A DNA stretch of 64,000 nucleotides, from positions 1,240,001-1,304,000 of the forward strand of contig JBODTK010000015.1 of the NCBI GenBank assembly GCA_050613775.1, read 5' to 3'. The notes beneath the pieces are model-generated. The model was not told the DNA's origin and did no database searches. It saw only the letters and a list, made by a program, of their open reading frames with translations. Shown here piece by piece: positions 60,329 to 64,000 of the stretch (within the stretch, counting starts at the first letter, position 1; each line of letters starts with the position of its first letter). The stretch comes from Neocallimastix sp. 'constans' (lineage: Eukaryota). The position numbers were made by a program, and so were the translations under genes.

Positions 60329-61155
60329 AAATTAACTAATAACGAATTTTTTTTTAATAAATTAATATACATGAAAAACTTACTTGTTGTATTAACTATG
60401 ACTTCACTTGACAAATCTTTAGTAGAAATTCCACAATAATTCTTATAGGAATGAACACGTTTAATTTCATCGATACCATAACATTCAATTGATGTTGGTA
60501 CATAAAGAATACAACTATCATCATTATAATATTTCTCAGCAATATCAACATCTTCTTTTGGACAACTTTTAATTTCTTCCCATTTCTTTGTTACATCATT
60601 TTCAATTTCAGTTAATGTCCTTTCTTTCTTCCTTACAGATTTATTTTGGGAATGACATTGTTGTTCTTCATTTTCTATTGCTTGATGATTTTCAAAAGTA
60701 TCTTCCATATTATTTTCACTATTACTACGCCTTTCATACGCATCTGCTATTTCACCACTATTTTGTTTTTCAAAACCATTTGACATTTCATTATTACTTT
60801 GCTTTTCATAAATATCTATTGTTTCATTACTCTCTTGCTTTTTATAAATATCAGATATTTCACTATTACTGTGCTTTTCATAAACATCCGATATGTCATT
60901 ACCATTATGTCTTTCATAACTATCTGATATTCCAGTACTACTTTGTTTCTTAAAAGCAAATGGAATTTCATTATCATTTTGTTTTCCAAATGCCTCTGAA
61001 ATTTCAATACTATTTTGTTTTTCAAAAGTATCATTCATTTGATTATTACTTAAATTTTTAAATTCATTCTGTTTTCCAATAGTATAAGTGCTAATATTTT
61101 CTTTATCATCGATCATGTCTGTTTGAATTAGAATAGGATTTGTATTCAATTCCAT
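56731..61155 (-). CDS. Multi-domain protein: N-terminal 12-aa repeats, SnoaL/NTF2-like domain, long low-complexity motif-repeat tail. 6 exons: 61155-60384, 60154-60077, 59932-59628, 59489-59096, 58176-58119, 57895-56731
   Basis: Phase-consistent GT..AG splicing joins three track ORFs and three untracked exons. The core YVPT...TVIEEKILTLLHSRPIQWLLPGVQATGRRLVVPIVTIVTF...SKRIYWDQACVLKQVGLIP is characteristic of fungal SnoaL-like domains. Confidence 0.8.
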
Positions 61156-61212
61156 TTTATAATTTAAATAAATTATATTAAATTGTTAAAGTTTTTTATT
61201 TTTTTATTTTAT

Positions 61213-61252
<40 letters not shown>

Positions 61253-61606
61253 GTATGTATAAATTTAAATATTTTTTATTTTTAATTTAATTTATTTTTT
61301 TTTTCCTTTTCACCAAAAAAATTTTTTTTTCTAAGTTATTTTATTTTTCTTCTATTTCAATTTTTAAAAATGAAATTATAATATTATTTTAATTAAATAG
61401 ATATAAATAAATTTTATATAGTAGTTGATATATTTGAAAGATGATTTATTCTAATATTATTTATTGTGTTTTGATTGTAAAACTGATACTATAATTTTTA
61501 TGTTATAATAAAAGAATGTAATGCAAAAGAATAAAAAAAAGATAAATAAATAAATAAATATATATATAATATATAAAATGAATGCAATAAATTATTTACT
61601 TATTGT

Positions 61607-61686
61607 TATATACAATGAATTGAATGAATAATATGATATATGCTATATATACAATGAATTGAATAAACTATATGATATATGCTATA
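61607..61686. repeat. 2 x 39-bp direct tandem repeat upstream of the SnoaL-domain gene
   Basis: tatacaatgaattgaat(gaata/aaact)atatgatatatgcta occurs twice, with tacaat at 61611 and 61650. Confidence 0.85.
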
Positions 61687-61809
61687 AACAAATATACATT
61701 GAAAAAAAAATGAATTATATATTATATATAATGCTTCATTTAGTAAATGAAATGAACTTTATATATGTTTTATCTTATATATAATTGATTATATGAAATT
61801 TTCGATTTA

Positions 61810-61843
<34 letters not shown>

Positions 61844-61969
61844 AATTAAGAATATATATACAAGAACTTTTTTGTTTTTTGTTTTTTATTTTTAATACTA
61901 ATATCAAAATTAAAGAAAATATATATTTTATTTATTTAATATATATCGATTTTCTTTTATTCTTTATTC

Positions 61970-62007
<38 letters not shown>

Positions 62008-62942
62008 ATATTGAAATAGTTTTTATTTAAACTTAATACTATTCTTATATTAATTAAATTATTTAATTTATCTTAATAATAATAATAAATATAATAAATA
62101 AATAAGGAAAAAAAAAATTAAATAAAAAATTAAAAAAAAAAAAAAAGAAATAAAAATTATATAATATAAATAAATGAAATAAAATAAAGCAGTAAAAAAA
62201 AAAAATTAAAAAATAAAATTTATTAAAAAATAATAATTAGAAATAACTTTTATAAAAAAAAAATAAGGTTGATTAAAAATATAAATATTATTGAATAAAA
62301 TTTATTATAAATGTGCAAAAAATAACTAAGAATAAAAATATTTTATAATATAAATAGAATTAATATAAAAATACTTTTCGATATAAAATATATTTTTTTT
62401 CATATGGATTATTGAATTCTATAAAAAAAAAGTATATATATATATGATAATGATGTTAAAAACCATATATATATATATAGGATGATGATCCATATAAATA
62501 TATATGTATATTTAGTATAAAGAACTGAATTCAAAAAAATAAAAAGCTAATTTTTTAATTCTATATTTTATTTAAAATATTATTTTTAATAGTTAATCAT
62601 AGATTATAAATTATTAAATTTTATAAAAATAAAGATGCCAAATTCATATATATTTTAAAAGTTTAATTTTTATTAATGTATAATAAATATACTTTATTAT
62701 ATATATATATATTCTATTTCATTTTTATTTTATTTAAACCAGAACGAAAATGCCCTTTCGATATTTAATAATTTATGAAATTAAATAAATTAATAACGTT
62801 TTATTTAATAAATTATATGAGAGGTTAAAAATTTGAATTTGAAAAAAATAAATAATGATATATTTAATTAATAATAATATTATAATTTTAATATTATAAT
62901 ATTATATTTAAAGCTTTCAAAAGAAAAAAAAAAAAAAAAAAA

Positions 62943-63008
<66 letters not shown>

Positions 63009-63479
63009 TATAATAATAATAATAATAGTAATAATAATGATAATAATAATATATATATATAAATATATGATTGTAATATCTTTTAAAAATATTATTTTTT
63101 ATTTAAACCTTTTATTTATATTAAACTATTTTTTTATACAATATATTTTTATTAGAATTTTTTTTCCTGTCTATATTAAAAAAAAAAGTATTTATGTACC
63201 TATAATAAAGAATATGAGACAAAATCATATGTTTTAAAAGTTTAAATATATTATATTTAATATTTAGTACAGATTTTCACTTTTTTTCTGTTTAGTATAT
63301 ATATATATATATATTTAAAGTTTGTCATTCTTAATATAAAAAAAAGTTAAAACTACTTTTTTCTCCCTATATCCCATTTTATAAATATATATAATTTTTT
63401 AAACTTTAAACTTTTATACTTTTTTTTTTTTTAGCAATATTTTTGAAAATTTAGTTATAATCAATGATAACTCTTTTAA

Positions 63480-64000
<521 letters not shown>

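Noticed and set aside
59197..61034. ORFs 59197-59388 (+), 60588-60953 (+) and 60816-61034 (-)
   Set aside because: Antisense or off-frame shadows of exons of the SnoaL-domain gene.

Overview
Extremely AT-rich, microsatellite-laden eukaryotic DNA with GT-AG introns. The base composition, a fungal non-catalytic dockerin (CBM10-like) domain and a flagellar ARMC2 gene together point to an anaerobic gut fungus (Neocallimastigomycota); this is inference, not a database match. The first ~20 kb has no recognisable intact gene and is dominated by simple repeats, a dispersed AATAAAT satellite and decayed relics. Genes reconstructed by hand across splice sites: a 3-exon CPYC glutaredoxin missed by the ORF track (20086-20830, -), a PHO84-type phosphate transporter (26007-27824, -), 16-exon ARMC2 (35112-41363, +), a Dma1-type FHA-RING E3 ligase (43454-45567, -), an intronless Cys-rich membrane protein (47235-47903, -), a disrupted PI-PLC X-domain / lectin-like / dockerin gene (48288-49429, -), 7-exon argininosuccinate lyase (51607-54631, -), and a 6-exon protein joining 12-aa tandem repeats, a SnoaL/NTF2-like domain and a long motif-repeat tail (56731-61155, -). 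Mobile DNA includes a decayed Ty1/copia pol fragment (~23.0-24.6 kb) and a 133-bp MITE (32815-32947). I see no convincing wholly new multi-gene system. The best leads are the dockerin-tagged phospholipase, the repeat-SnoaL-repeat protein, a diverged ~970-bp non-coding duplication that retains TGTCA and CCAAT islands, and introns whose 3' ends are A/CA-rich rather than pyrimidine-rich. Most short ORFs in the supplied track are low-complexity artefacts.
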